Positions 46,704 through 56,879 of a stretch of 64,000 nucleotides of DNA are shown here, one piece after another (positions within the stretch are counted from its first letter, which is position 1; each line of letters begins with the position of its first letter). The notes beneath the pieces were generated by a model, which saw only the letters and a program-made list of their open reading frames with translations, ran no database searches and was not told the origin of the DNA. A program made the position numbers and the translations under genes. Origin of the DNA: Vicinamibacteria bacterium (GTDB taxonomy: Bacteria; Acidobacteriota; Vicinamibacteria; Vicinamibacterales; JAENWD01); NCBI GenBank assembly GCA_963806705.1, contig CAWDZE010000012.1, positions 515,553 to 579,552 on the forward strand, given 5' to 3'.

Positions 46704-47710
46704 TTGGCGACGACCTCGACGGCAATCTTCACCGTTCCGCTGCCTTCGGGGACGGTCACCAGCCGTTCGTAGTACTTCCCCCTGAAGTCGGCGTCGACAT
46801 TCGACGTGCTCTCGAAGAAGCTCTCCACATCGCCGTCGTCGAGCGGCTCGACGCGCACGATGTACGTGCCGGGGGCCAGCCCCGCAATTGCAAAGGCTCC
46901 TGCGTCGTCAAGCGAGAACCCGCCAACGAGATCTCCGCTGCGCAGGTCGAACGCGACGGCGTGGGCGCCGAAGACGCCCCTGCCGTTCTTGGTCACCGTG
47001 CCTTGTATCGTGCCGGTCGTCCGACGGAAGGTCCCGTCGGGATAAATGTCGGAGACGCCGGCGATGTCATCGGCCGTCAACTCGCGATCGACGATGTTGC
47101 CGGCGTTGAAGGCGATGGGAAACATCACCGAGTTCGAGGCGAGGAGGCGGCGTCCGCCGGTCGGGCGCGGCTCGGTTTCGCCGAGCGACGAATGTCCCAG
47201 GCCAAGGAAGTGGCCGGACTCGTGCGTGGCAATGGACTGCACGTCGAAACGACCCGCTTCCCCGCCGGGCGCGACCGACCACTCGAACACCGAGTTGAAG
47301 AAGATGTCGGACTCGATGATCTCGCCGCTGCGCGTGTCGATGAGGAACGAGGTCGAGGCCAGCGTGCGTTCGAGGTCCGGGCGGGACGTAAATCCGATCA
47401 CGTTGGCGTCATCCTGATCGAGCGGGCTGCCGCCGACGAACCCGCCGAACTCGAAGCTGACCGACGCCGTCTCGACCTCTTGCCACGTTTCGAAGGCGCG
47501 GCCGACAGCCTCGCGAAACTGCGGAGCCGACACGCCGTCGACGCCTTGATCGCCGATGAAGTACCGCACCGGCGCGCGCCGGGGCCACTGCAGGGTGACA
47601 GTACGGCCGTTCACGCTCGAGCCCAGCTTCAAGTACGCGTGCGCGGGCGCCTGGAGCGCGGCGACGACCGCCAGGCAGAGAAGCACGCGGCGTGCAAGCG
47701 ACGCGCTCAC
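46700..47710 (-). CDS. Matrixin-family (M10) metalloprotease with C-terminal carboxypeptidase-regulatory-like domain
   Basis: Signal peptide; HESGHFLGLGH, Met-turn SVMFP, LTADD; GTIQGTV..GLAPGTYIVRVEP. Confidence 0.88.
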   Translation of the reverse strand: MSASLARRVLLCLAVVAALQAPAHAYLKLGSSVNGRTVTLQWPRRAPVRYFIGDQGVDGVSAPQFREAVGRAFETWQEVETASVSFEFGGFVGGSPLDQDDANVIGFTSRPDLERTLASTSFLIDTRSGEIIESDIFFNSVFEWSVAPGGEAGRFDVQSIATHESGHFLGLGHSSLGETEPRPTGGRRLLASNSVMFPIAFNAGNIVDRELTADDIAGVSDIYPDGTFRRTTGTIQGTVTKNGRGVFGAHAVAFDLRSGDLVGGFSLDDAGAFAIAGLAPGTYIVRVEPLDDGDVESFFESTSNVDADFRGKYYERLVTVPEGSGTVKIAVEVVAK

Positions 47711-48270
47711 CGCGCCCTCCCGGCCAGTGCGCGCACTTCCTGAAGAAATGCGGAAAGCGGCGCTGGCCGCCGGCTGGCGTCACCTCGCACGACGCGCACC
47801 GGCCCGGTCGTTTCCGCCCCCGGCATTCGGACGATCTCCGGCGTGACCAGGCGGGCGCCAGTCGCGGCGTCGGTCCGTACGCGGAAGACACCCTGCGCCA
47901 GGCCCACCAGGTGCGGGATCTCGGGACCGCTCGACGCCAGAAACACCACGACCTCCTCGCCCTCGACGAAGGTCGGCGCCCCCAGCATGACGCTGCGATA
48001 GGGGCCCATCTGACCGCCCGGCACACGCAACGTCACGTTGCGACCGAGGTCGCCCTTGGCGTACGTCTCGACCTCCAGGGTGACCAGCGTCTCGATCGAG
48101 CGCCGCCCCTCCAGCCAGTGCGCCTCGAGCCCGACCACGCGGCCATAAGCGACGGCACGCGCGTCGGTGGCCAGTTCGCCAAGGTCAGCGGTGATGTACA
48201 CAGTCGCGTGAAGTGCCACCGCCGGCGCGAGCAATACTCCGGCAATCAGGGAAACGAGAGTTCGAGTCAT
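47707..48270 (-). CDS. Secreted hypothetical protein (beta-rich, OB/TIMP-like candidate)
   Basis: Signal peptide; GRV..LEVETYAKG..RVPGG..GAPTF.EGEEVVVFL..GLAQGVFRV. Confidence 0.7.
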   Translation of the reverse strand: MTRTLVSLIAGVLLAPAVALHATVYITADLGELATDARAVAYGRVVGLEAHWLEGRRSIETLVTLEVETYAKGDLGRNVTLRVPGGQMGPYRSVMLGAPTFVEGEEVVVFLASSGPEIPHLVGLAQGVFRVRTDAATGARLVTPEIVRMPGAETTGPVRVVRGDASRRPAPLSAFLQEVRALAGRAR

Positions 48271-48329
48271 GGTCAATTTGTCACCGTCACAGTCACGCCG
48301 CCTCTGCCAGGGCTACGGCGGGTAACTTA

Positions 48330-48372
48330 GCACGCAGAGGTCAACTCTGTGCTCTCCGTGCCTCTGTGGCCA
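48330..48372. repeat. Partial CTCTGTG-family ~9-nt array overlapping the lpxB 3' end
   Basis: gcacgcagaggtcaactctgtgctctccgtgcctctgtggcc. Confidence 0.55.
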
Positions 48373-49489
48373 CCTTCAAAACAGCAGCGGCCGCGCGCGC
48401 GCTGGCGCCTGGCGCGCCCAGCTTTTCGCGCACCTCGCGCAGATCCGCTCTCATTCTGTCGGCTCGGTCGTGGTCGTTCAGCAGTGCAAGAGCCTCGCCA
48501 GCCACGCGCTCGGGCGTGCAGTCGTCCTGAATCAATTCGGTGACGATGCGGCGTCCGGAAATCAGGTTGGCCATGCCGAAGGTATTCACCTTGACGAACG
48601 GGCGCCCCAGCCGATAGGTCAAAGGCGACAGCTTGTAGAGGATCACCATTGGCCGCTCGTGGAGCGCGGCCTGCACCGTGGCGGTTCCCGAGGCGGTCAG
48701 CACGACGTCGCTCGCGTTCAGCACATCGTCGGTTCGTCCCTCGACGATGGCGACGCCTCCGGCGCCCGGCCCAAGCGGATCGAAGAGCGAGGCCGACAGC
48801 TTGGGGGCTCGGGCCAGCACGAACTGGGTACCGGGACGGCCGGCCCGAATCCGCGTCATCGCATCGGCAAGCACCGGCAGCAGCGCGCGGACCTCGTTGG
48901 GCCGGCTGCCGGGGAGCAAGGCGACAACGGGCCCGGCCGGATCGAGGCCGAGGCTTCGAAGGAAGGGATCGCGCGGCGTGCTGACCGTGATGAGGTCGAT
49001 GAGCGGGTGCCCCACAAACTCCACGGGGACGCCGGCGCGTTCGTAGATCTCGACCTCGAACGGAAAGATCGGCAGGACCTTGTCCGCAAATGCCTTCAAC
49101 GCGCGGATGCGACCCGGACGCCAAGCCCACAACTGCGGGCTGACGTAGTAGACGACCGGGATCCCGAGGTCGTGGACCGCGCCGGCGAGCCGAAAATTGA
49201 AGTCGGGGAAATCGATCGCGACAAAGACGTCTGGCCGCGCGGTCCTCGCAAGGTCCACCAGCCGGCGGTACATCGCGTACGTGCGCGGCAGCACGCGCAC
49301 GACCTCGGTCAGCCCGGTGACGGCGATGCCGCGGTAGTCGCCGGCCAGCTCCGCGCCGGATGCCGCCAGCCGTTCGCCGCCGAAGCCGATGACGCGCGTG
49401 CCCGGCTCTTTCGCCTGCAGTGCCTCCGCGAGCGCGCCGGCATACAGATCGCCGGAGGCCTCGCCACAAGACACCATCACGGTTGCCAT
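48341..49489 (-). CDS. lpxB: Lipid-A-disaccharide synthase
   Basis: GEASGD, IDFPDFN, YVSPQLWAWR, FVGHP, LLPGSR, SGTAT. Confidence 0.95.
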   Translation of the reverse strand: MATVMVSCGEASGDLYAGALAEALQAKEPGTRVIGFGGERLAASGAELAGDYRGIAVTGLTEVVRVLPRTYAMYRRLVDLARTARPDVFVAIDFPDFNFRLAGAVHDLGIPVVYYVSPQLWAWRPGRIRALKAFADKVLPIFPFEVEIYERAGVPVEFVGHPLIDLITVSTPRDPFLRSLGLDPAGPVVALLPGSRPNEVRALLPVLADAMTRIRAGRPGTQFVLARAPKLSASLFDPLGPGAGGVAIVEGRTDDVLNASDVVLTASGTATVQAALHERPMVILYKLSPLTYRLGRPFVKVNTFGMANLISGRRIVTELIQDDCTPERVAGEALALLNDHDRADRMRADLREVREKLGAPGASARAAAAVLKVATEARRAQS

Positions 49490-49523
49490 GCCGAAGGTGC
49501 GACCTGAAACCCGGCGCCGGCCG

Positions 49524-51015
49524 CTACCGCGCGCCCGCGGCTGCTGGTCGCGGTCTGCGCTGGAAGGTGACCGATGACAGGTCGAGCTGCGGCAGCTCCA
49601 CCAGCTCGAAGCGGTCGAACCCGACGCCCGCAAGTTGGCCCGTGAACGCCGAGGCGTTGCCGACGAGCACGACCGAGAGGCGGTCGGGGTGGCAGATACT
49701 GGCGCGCCACGCGCTGGATATCCCCGGGCGTAATCGCGTTCACGCGCTCGCGATAGGTCTCGATGTCGCCCAGTGGCAATCCGTAGAACAGCACGTCCAG
49801 GACCTGAGTGGCAATCGCGCCTGGCGTTTCGATCGTCAACGGGAACTTGCCCGCCAGGTAGTCCTGGGCGCTCCGCAGCTCGCGCACCGACACTGTTTCG
49901 CGCTGCAGACGGGCGATCTCGTCGACGATCAGGCGCAGCACTTCGGCCGTCGCATCGGACCGTGTATCGGTTTCGGCCGCAAAGTCGCCCGACTCGCGCA
50001 GCGACGTCAGGTCGGCCGAGGCGCCGTAGGTGAGCCCGCGATCGGACCGAAGGACCTGGTGCAGGCGGTTGGCGCCCTCGCCGCCCAGGATCTTCAGGGC
50101 GAGGTCGAACGCGAGATGGTCCGGATGCGTCCGGGGAAGCGCGACGTGCCCGACTCGCACTTCGGTTTGCACCGCGTCGGGCTTGTTGATCACGACCAGG
50201 CGCCTGGTCGGCGGCGGAGGCGCCGGGTGATCGGCCGTCGGCAATTCACCCGGCTGCCAGTCCCCGAACGCCTTCTCGGCGGCGGCCAGCGCCTCGGTCG
50301 TGGTGATGTCGCCGACGATGCCCAGGATGGCGTTGTTGGGCACGAACCACGTCTTGTGGAACGCGCGGAGGTCATCGACCGTGATGGCGGCGAGCGATTC
50401 GGGCGTGCCGGTGTTCGGCAGGCCGTAGGGATGGAATCCATACACAAGGCGATCGAAGACCAGGCTGGCCACCGAGTCCGGATCCTCGTAGTTCACGCGC
50501 ATCCCCGACAGCGCCTGCTGCCGCTGCCGCTCGAGTTCCTGCTGGTGAAACGCCGGACGCCTGACGACGTCGGACAGCAGGTCGAACCCGAAGGCCAGCC
50601 CGTCTTTCATGACGAGCACGTCGGCGACCGACAGGTCGCTGCCGGCGCCGGCGCTGAGGGCGCCGCCGATCGTGTCGATGGCATCGGCGATCTGTGCGGC
50701 GCTTCGCGTGCCGGCGCCCTGGTCGAGCAGCGCCGCAGCCAGCGCCGCGACGCCCTGCTTGCTCGGCGGGTCCTGCGCTCCGCCGGCCCGCACGAGCAGG
50801 CGCAAGGTGACAACGGGTTGCTCGTGGTGCTGAACGACGACGACCTGCAACCCGTTCTTGAGCGACTTGATCTCGTACGGGGGAAAGTTGACCTCGCGCG
50901 CCTGCAGCGGCCTCGGAGGCATCTCGCTCGGCCAGTTGGGTACCTGCGCCGCTGCGACGGTCGGCAGGAGGCCGAGCAGCGAAACGAGCGCGACGTGGAG
51001 GCCCTGCGCCCTCAC
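49524..51015 (-). CDS. M16 peptidase non-catalytic subunit (frameshift near 49695)
   Basis: LKNGLQV, no HXXEH, HPY, LRSDRGLTYG; the alternative frame ends ...PAAAGAR*. Confidence 0.85.
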
Positions 51016-52376
51016 TGAGTGGAACCCTTCGGCATGATGGTGATCACGAGACGGTTGGTCGGAGTGAAATAGGTCTTGGCGACGCGCTGGATGTCGGCCG
51101 CGGTGATGCGCTGGAAGATTTGGAACTCGCCGTCGGCGGTCGTGATGTCGTTGTGGATGACGGCCGCATGCGCCAGCTGGCCCGCCTTGAGCCGGTTGGT
51201 CTCGCGGCCCATGATGTAGTCGCGCGCGAACTGGTTCTTCGCGCGCTGCAGCTCGTGCTCGCTCACCGCCTCGGTCGTCATGCGCTGCAGCTCCGCAATC
51301 AGGCCCGCTTCCACTTCGGCCGGCGACCGGCCGGGCTGCACGATCGCTGCCGCGTAGAACAGGTTCGGGTGCTCGATGATGTTGCCGCCGCCAAAGGCCG
51401 TGAGCGCCAGGCCCGAGTCGTACACCAGCTTGCGATAGATCCGGGAGCTCTGGCCGTCTGACAGGATCTTCGACGCCATGTGCAGCGGATACGAGTCCGG
51501 ATGGCCGTCGTAGGTGATGTGGTGCGCGACGATGACGGCCGGCAGCGGCCACGCCTCTTCGATCGTGAGCCGCTTCTCGCGCGTCATCGGCGGCTCCTGC
51601 GGGATGTCGCGGGGCACGGCCTTCAGCGGCTTCGGGATCTTTCCGTCGTACTGCTCGACCAGGCGCGCGGCCTGGTCGACGTCGAAGTCGCCGACGATGG
51701 TGAGGGTCGCATTGGTCGGCACGTAGTAGGTGCGATAGAACTCGCGGACGTCGGCAATCGAGGCCGCCTCGAGGTCCTTCATGCTGCCGATGACGGGGTG
51801 CTTGTACGGGTGCACGGTGAAGGCGGCGTCGTAGAGCAGCTCGGGCAGCCGGCCGTAGGGCTGGTTTTCGACGCGCATCCTGCGCTCTTCCTTCACGACC
51901 TCCCGTTCGCGCTTGAACGTGTCTTCGTCGATGCGCAGCGTGGCCATGCGGTCGGCCTCGAGCCAGAGCATCAGCGGCAGATACTGCGCGGGCGCCGTCT
52001 GCCAGTAGACCGTGATGTCTTCGCGCGTCTCGGCATTGGCCTGGCCGCCGACGCTGGTGATGAACGAGCCGTGCGCCTCGGGCTCCACGTTCTTCGAGCC
52101 CTTGAACATCAGGTGCTCGAACAGGTGCGCGAACCCCGTGCGGCCGGGTCTCTCGTCTTTCGACCCGACGTGGTACCACAGCTCCACGTGCACCACCGGC
52201 GTGGAGTGATCCTCCGAGAGAATCACGGTGAGGCCGTTGGCAAGCGTCGTGATCTTGTACTCGAGCTTTGGCGGAGGCACCGCCGCGGGGAGAACGGCGG
52301 AATCGATGGCAATCCACGCGGCCGTGAGGGCGAGCACGACGCCGCTCGCACGGCGTGGGGACAACCTGAAAGGCAT
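51012..52376 (-). CDS. M16 (pitrilysin) zinc peptidase catalytic subunit
   Basis: GFAHLFEHLMF, EREVVKEE, HPY..PVIG. Confidence 0.93.
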   Translation of the reverse strand: MPFRLSPRRASGVVLALTAAWIAIDSAVLPAAVPPPKLEYKITTLANGLTVILSEDHSTPVVHVELWYHVGSKDERPGRTGFAHLFEHLMFKGSKNVEPEAHGSFITSVGGQANAETREDITVYWQTAPAQYLPLMLWLEADRMATLRIDEDTFKREREVVKEERRMRVENQPYGRLPELLYDAAFTVHPYKHPVIGSMKDLEAASIADVREFYRTYYVPTNATLTIVGDFDVDQAARLVEQYDGKIPKPLKAVPRDIPQEPPMTREKRLTIEEAWPLPAVIVAHHITYDGHPDSYPLHMASKILSDGQSSRIYRKLVYDSGLALTAFGGGNIIEHPNLFYAAAIVQPGRSPAEVEAGLIAELQRMTTEAVSEHELQRAKNQFARDYIMGRETNRLKAGQLAHAAVIHNDITTADGEFQIFQRITAADIQRVAKTYFTPTNRLVITIMPKGSTQ

Positions 52377-52408
52377 CGGTCGATTATGACAGGGACTACG
52401 AAAAATCT

Positions 52409-52432
52409 ACGATTGAAGATTGACGATTACGA
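52409..52432 (+). repeat. Short heptamer array (GATTGAM)
   Basis: acgattgaagattgacgattacga, the reverse complement of the 27228 array type. Confidence 0.55.
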
Positions 52433-52436
52433 GGGG

Positions 52437-53477
52437 TCAGTCGCCCGGCTCACGCTCTAGACGCGCTTCGAGCGCCTCCAGCCGCGCCAGCAATTCCTTC
52501 ACCTGCCGGCGGAGTTCTGGCAGATTCCGGAATACTGCGGACGCTTTGAGCCACTCGCGGTTGTCGATGGCCGGATAGCCCGAGACCGTCGCACCGGGCT
52601 CGACCGAGCTGGGGATCCCGGTCTGTGCCGTGGCGCGCGCGCGGTCGCCCACGGTGATATGCCCGGCGACACCCACCTGCCCTGCCAGCACGACGTGGTC
52701 GCCGATCGTCGAGCTGCCAGCGATGCCGACCTGCGCGACCAGCAGCGCGTGCTCGCCGACCTTCACGCCGTGCGCGATCTGCACCAGGTTGTCGATCTTG
52801 GCCCCGCGTCCGATCCGCGTCTCTCCCACGGCCGGCCGGTCGATGGTCGTATTGGCGCCGATCTCGACGTCGTCGTCGACGACGACGACGCTCTGCTGCG
52901 GAATCTTGTGGTGGACGCCGTCCGGGTCCGTGACGTAGCCATAACCGTCGCTGCCAATCACGGCGCCGTCCTGCACGATGACACGGCGGCCCAGAACCGT
53001 GCGTTCACGCACCGACACGCGCGCGTGCACGACGCTGTCTTCGCCGATGCGGACACCAGGCCCCAGCACTACGTGTGGATGCAGCACGACCCTGTCGCCG
53101 ATGTCCGCGCCGGCGCCGACGACCACGAAGGCGCCGATGGACACGCCATGGCCGATACGCGCGTCAGGGCCGATGACGGCAGTCGGGTGCACGCCATCGG
53201 GAGGCCGCTCATTGCGGCCGAGCAGCGCAAGCGCATCCGCAAACGATCGATATGGATACGCCGATCGCAGCATCGCGCACGGAGCGGGGGGCGCCTGGTC
53301 GCCCAGGATGATCGCGCTCGCATTGGTCCGCTGCGCGGCCTGCGCGTACTTGGGATTGGCGAGAAACGTCAGGTCGCCGGGGCCGGCCTGGTCGAGCGTG
53401 GCTACTCGCGCGATCTCGATCGCGCCGTCGCCTTCGAGGCGGCAGCCCAGGCGGGCGGCAAGGTCGGCAAGCGTCAC
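52437..53477 (-). CDS. lpxD: UDP-3-O-acylglucosamine N-acyltransferase
   Basis: LTFLANPKY, hexapeptide repeats, [17 protein letters not shown]. Confidence 0.95.
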   Translation of the reverse strand: MTLADLAARLGCRLEGDGAIEIARVATLDQAGPGDLTFLANPKYAQAAQRTNASAIILGDQAPPAPCAMLRSAYPYRSFADALALLGRNERPPDGVHPTAVIGPDARIGHGVSIGAFVVVGAGADIGDRVVLHPHVVLGPGVRIGEDSVVHARVSVRERTVLGRRVIVQDGAVIGSDGYGYVTDPDGVHHKIPQQSVVVVDDDVEIGANTTIDRPAVGETRIGRGAKIDNLVQIAHGVKVGEHALLVAQVGIAGSSTIGDHVVLAGQVGVAGHITVGDRARATAQTGIPSSVEPGATVSGYPAIDNREWLKASAVFRNLPELRRQVKELLARLEALEARLEREPGD

Positions 53478-53491
53478 AGCCGTGGCTTATA

Positions 53492-54175
53492 TCACGCGCC
53501 GGGGATGGCCACGCGATCGAAGAACCGGCGCAGGTGCATCAGCTCCAGCCGCGCCGCGATGGCCTCGACACGGGGGCGCCGCTCGTCGCGATCGACCAGC
53601 ACCAGCGGACGCAGGTCGGCAAGGGCGTCGTTGGCGCGAGTGGTCCACACCACGTGATCGAGCGCCTGCCGCGCCCCGCGCATCGAGAAGTAGTGCCCGA
53701 CCAACCGGAATGCGAAGTAGTAGCCGAGGACGTTGGGGCCAGGCACCAGGATGAGGAGGGCCGACAGCAGCACGAGCACGCCGTCGATGACGAGCCAGCG
53801 GCGGTGCTTCTCGAAGTCGGCCTTCAGCGTCGGCCGCACGATGGCCAGGGCGGCCTCGCCGTCGAGGTCTTCCGGATGAACCAGGATCGCCCGGTGCTGC
53901 CGGCGCATGTGCCACAACAGGCGCTGTTCGGCGATGCTTTCGGCCACCATCCGCAGCGCGCGCCGCCTCAGCCGCTCGAACCACCCGTGCTCTCGTGTGT
54001 CGTCCTCGTGATGCCGGCGATCGCGCTCGATGCGGTTGAGGGTGTCGCTGAACTTCCTGACCAGGCCGCGGAAGAATCCGCGATCGTTGTCCGTCGCGCC
54101 GGAGGGATCCTCGTCGGGAATCTCGCAGTAAAGCTCGTGGCGATCGGCGCCCACCGGTATGAGAAACACCTCCAT
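53492..54175 (-). CDS. Membrane protein resembling the mitochondrial K+/H+ exchange-related (Mit_KHE1) family
   Basis: MEVFLIP..ELYCE; EQRLLW; HRRWL..LVPGPNVLGYYFAFRLVGHYFSMRGA. Confidence 0.55.
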   Translation of the reverse strand: MEVFLIPVGADRHELYCEIPDEDPSGATDNDRGFFRGLVRKFSDTLNRIERDRRHHEDDTREHGWFERLRRRALRMVAESIAEQRLLWHMRRQHRAILVHPEDLDGEAALAIVRPTLKADFEKHRRWLVIDGVLVLLSALLILVPGPNVLGYYFAFRLVGHYFSMRGARQALDHVVWTTRANDALADLRPLVLVDRDERRPRVEAIAARLELMHLRRFFDRVAIPGA

Positions 54176-54246
54176 GCACGACCATCGTACGATAGAACTC
54201 CCCGGCGGTTCGTCCCGCTGAGTGCGGTTGCTATAATCTCGGCACC

Positions 54247-54858
54247 GTGCTGCACGTCTTCCCCGGACTCGCGCTGGCATTCGGTGCCTTGTGGACCGCT
54301 GAGCCGGTCGTGCGGCAGACCGCGCCGCAAGGCGGGACGATTCGCACCGAGTTCCGCGTGTTCGACGGGGCTGTCGAAGTGAGCGGCGAGACCCGGTTGC
54401 GCGTGCGCCCCAGCGGCTCCACCGAGACGGGCCGGCTGGTCGAGGGTGGCCCCCTGGCCGCCAACCTGCCGGCTGGCATCTACGACGTGCAGGCGGTCCG
54501 TCAGCAGGCCGGGCAGGTGGTCAGCGTCCGCTGGGCTGAAAAGCTCGTCGTCATGGCCTACCCCGATGAGGCCGGCCGCCATTTGGAAGTCATCAACTTC
54601 GCCAACGAGCACGGCGCGCTGCAGTTGCGCTGGCCGGAGGGGCAGGCGCCTGATCCGGCCGGAACCGCCGTCACCGTGACCAGGAGCGGCGAGAGCCGGC
54701 CCACACAAGCTCGAACCATTCACGGTCCCGGTTACGTGCTGCTGGTGCTGCCCGCGGGAACCTACGACGTCCGCGTCGTTCGAACCGGAAAGGTCGACGT
54801 CGTCTTGCCGGGCCTCGAGGTGCCGGCGGACCGAACGCGAATGAAGGTGATCCAGTAG
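54247..54858 (+). CDS. Secreted hypothetical protein with two Ig/prealbumin-like repeats
   Basis: Repeated LPAGIYDV / LPAGTYDV; TGCTATAAT upstream. Confidence 0.65.
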   Translation: MLHVFPGLALAFGALWTAEPVVRQTAPQGGTIRTEFRVFDGAVEVSGETRLRVRPSGSTETGRLVEGGPLAANLPAGIYDVQAVRQQAGQVVSVRWAEKLVVMAYPDEAGRHLEVINFANEHGALQLRWPEGQAPDPAGTAVTVTRSGESRPTQARTIHGPGYVLLVLPAGTYDVRVVRTGKVDVVLPGLEVPADRTRMKVIQ

Positions 54859-54877
54859 GGGCGCACCGCGCCCCGAC
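54855..54877 (+). repeat. GTAG-type REP hairpin overlapping a stop codon
   Basis: GTAGGGGCGC-ACC-GCGCCCCGAC. Confidence 0.5.
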
Positions 54878-54883
54878 AAGCCG

Positions 54884-55777
54884 TCATTCCTGTTTACGAA
54901 CCTTCCTGATCTCCCTCGGCGGGTCCAGCGCGAGCGCGGGCTTTCCCCCTTCTTCCCATGCCCCGACAATCGCAGAGGCCACCGCGCTGATGGCGGCCGA
55001 CATCCGCTGTTCGAGAATCGGACGCGTGTCGCGAAACAGCTGATCGAAATACGCGTCGTCGTACTCGTCGCGGCCTGCGATGGCGGCTTTATCGGCCTTG
55101 AGAATAGTTTCCGCGTGCGGAAAGCTGGCCTGCAGCACGTCGAAGACGAACGTGCGCATGTCGGTGACCGCCACGACGGGCGGCGGCGCCAGCTGGAGCC
55201 CGGCCAGATTTCGCGTCACCAGTTCGGACTCCCAGCGGCTGTGGATGCCATGCTGCCCCGTCAACTGCCCGTCGTAGTTGAGCACTGCGTGAAAGGGCAC
55301 GTGTCCGTCCTCGACGTAGTGCGCGAGAATCGCCGAGTAGAACTTGATGTTCTCGAGCGAGTAGCCGGGGACGCCCCGTTTCTGCAACTCGAAGTTGCGC
55401 CGCAACTGCCCGTAGACCTCTCCGGCACGCCAGGGCAGCGTGCCATTACGTTGCACGAACTCCGCGCCGTAGCGCTCGACGGCGCGATCGTAGTCGCGCG
55501 GCAGATCCCCAAACGGCGGGCGCCCGTACGCGTCAAGGTCCACGAAGTGACGCGACGGCTCCTCATCCCAGCCGGCATTTCGCCACAGATCGGGATCGAC
55601 CGATCGCTCGACGATGAAGGCACGATGTTTCTGGAAGAACGGCCGGATGGGATCGGGCAGCAGGTCGATGGCGCGGTCGGTGATGAATCGATGCACCTCG
55701 AAACCCCAGGCCCCGGGCCGGGCCGAACCCACCAGAAGCAGAGCGACGACGAGCACAACGGCAGCGGACACGCGCAT
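54884..55777 (-). CDS. S1/P1 nuclease / zinc-dependent phospholipase C-like secreted protein
   Basis: Signal peptide then WGFEVH; PD, HFVD, HYVEDGHVPFH, GIHSRWES. Confidence 0.85.
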   Translation of the reverse strand: MRVSAAVVLVVALLLVGSARPGAWGFEVHRFITDRAIDLLPDPIRPFFQKHRAFIVERSVDPDLWRNAGWDEEPSRHFVDLDAYGRPPFGDLPRDYDRAVERYGAEFVQRNGTLPWRAGEVYGQLRRNFELQKRGVPGYSLENIKFYSAILAHYVEDGHVPFHAVLNYDGQLTGQHGIHSRWESELVTRNLAGLQLAPPPVVAVTDMRTFVFDVLQASFPHAETILKADKAAIAGRDEYDDAYFDQLFRDTRPILEQRMSAAISAVASAIVGAWEEGGKPALALDPPREIRKVRKQE

Positions 55778-55798
55778 GCTTGGTATATTAGCGTTTGA

Positions 55799-56851
55799 TT
55801 GGATAACCTCACGCACACGCTCGTGGGGGTGACGCTTGTTCGTGCGGGCCTTGGCGCGCGCACCTCCGGCGCGACCTTCGCGATGATCCTCGCCAGCAAC
55901 CTGCCCGACGCCGACATCGTCACCGCCTTTGACGGAAGCCTCGCGTACTTCGCGGCGCATCGGGGGCCGACGCACGGCCCGCTGGGCATCGTCGGGCTCG
56001 CACTCGTGGCTGCGTTGCTGGTCGTGGGCTGGCGGGCGCTGCGACCTTCGACCAGGAGTGCAGCATGGCACCGGTTCGGGTCGCTGTGCGGCGTGGCCCT
56101 CACCGGCACCGTGCTGCACGTGCTGATGGATCTGCCGACCTGGTACGGGACGCGCCTGCTGAGCCCCTTTGTCGACACCTGGTTCGCGCTGGACTGGCTG
56201 CCGATCATCGATCTCTACGTCTGGGCATTGCTTGGGATCGGCTTTGCCGCTGCGCGGCTCCGGCCACGGTCGCGACAGACCATCGCGCGCGCCGCGCTGG
56301 CCGCCGTCGTCTGCTTCTATGGTGTGCGTGCGGTCGCGCACGAAGTGGCGCTGAGCGCTGCGGCCGAGTCACGCGCAGACGGCACGCCGTCGCCATGTGC
56401 GAGCGCGCCGACGCTTTCTCGCCATCCCACTGTCATCGAGGCCGCCTATGCAGGACCTGGCGGGTGCCTGCAGGCGGCGGCACTCCCGACGTTCTTCTCG
56501 CCGCTCACCTGGCGGCTGATCCGGCAGCAATCCGACGGGTATGAGCTCCGCGATTACACCCTTGGCCGCGGCACCAGCGCGGAGATCTTTCTGCCGTCGC
56601 AGAATGACGAGTGGATCGGGCGAGCCCGCCGGACGCAGACGGGACGGGCATTCTTCAACTTCTCGCGGTTCCCCGCCGCCAACTCGGCCGCGTTGCCAGA
56701 CGGAACCCGGCGCGTCCGCGCGATGGACGTGCGCTTCCTGGGCCCGCCGCCACGCGGTCTCGAGCGCGACCCACGGGCTCGCGCCCCGTTTGTGATGACG
56801 ATCGAAATCGCCGGCGATGGCGCCGTGCGCTCGGAGCGCCTGGGCAACTAG
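55799..56851 (+). CDS. Metal-dependent hydrolase (YdjM-like membrane family)
   Basis: MDNLTHTL, NLPDAD, HRGPTH, HVLMDLPTWYGTRLLSPF. Confidence 0.88.
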   Translation: MDNLTHTLVGVTLVRAGLGARTSGATFAMILASNLPDADIVTAFDGSLAYFAAHRGPTHGPLGIVGLALVAALLVVGWRALRPSTRSAAWHRFGSLCGVALTGTVLHVLMDLPTWYGTRLLSPFVDTWFALDWLPIIDLYVWALLGIGFAAARLRPRSRQTIARAALAAVVCFYGVRAVAHEVALSAAAESRADGTPSPCASAPTLSRHPTVIEAAYAGPGGCLQAAALPTFFSPLTWRLIRQQSDGYELRDYTLGRGTSAEIFLPSQNDEWIGRARRTQTGRAFFNFSRFPAANSAALPDGTRRVRAMDVRFLGPPPRGLERDPRARAPFVMTIEIAGDGAVRSERLGN

Positions 56852-56879
56852 CTATTCGTGCCGCAGCGCGGCGGCAAAT

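Noticed and set aside
48296-48322. CGCCG-N15-CGGCG hairpin as another REP
   Set aside because: Single short, weak copy in this window; cannot be supported without genome-wide counts
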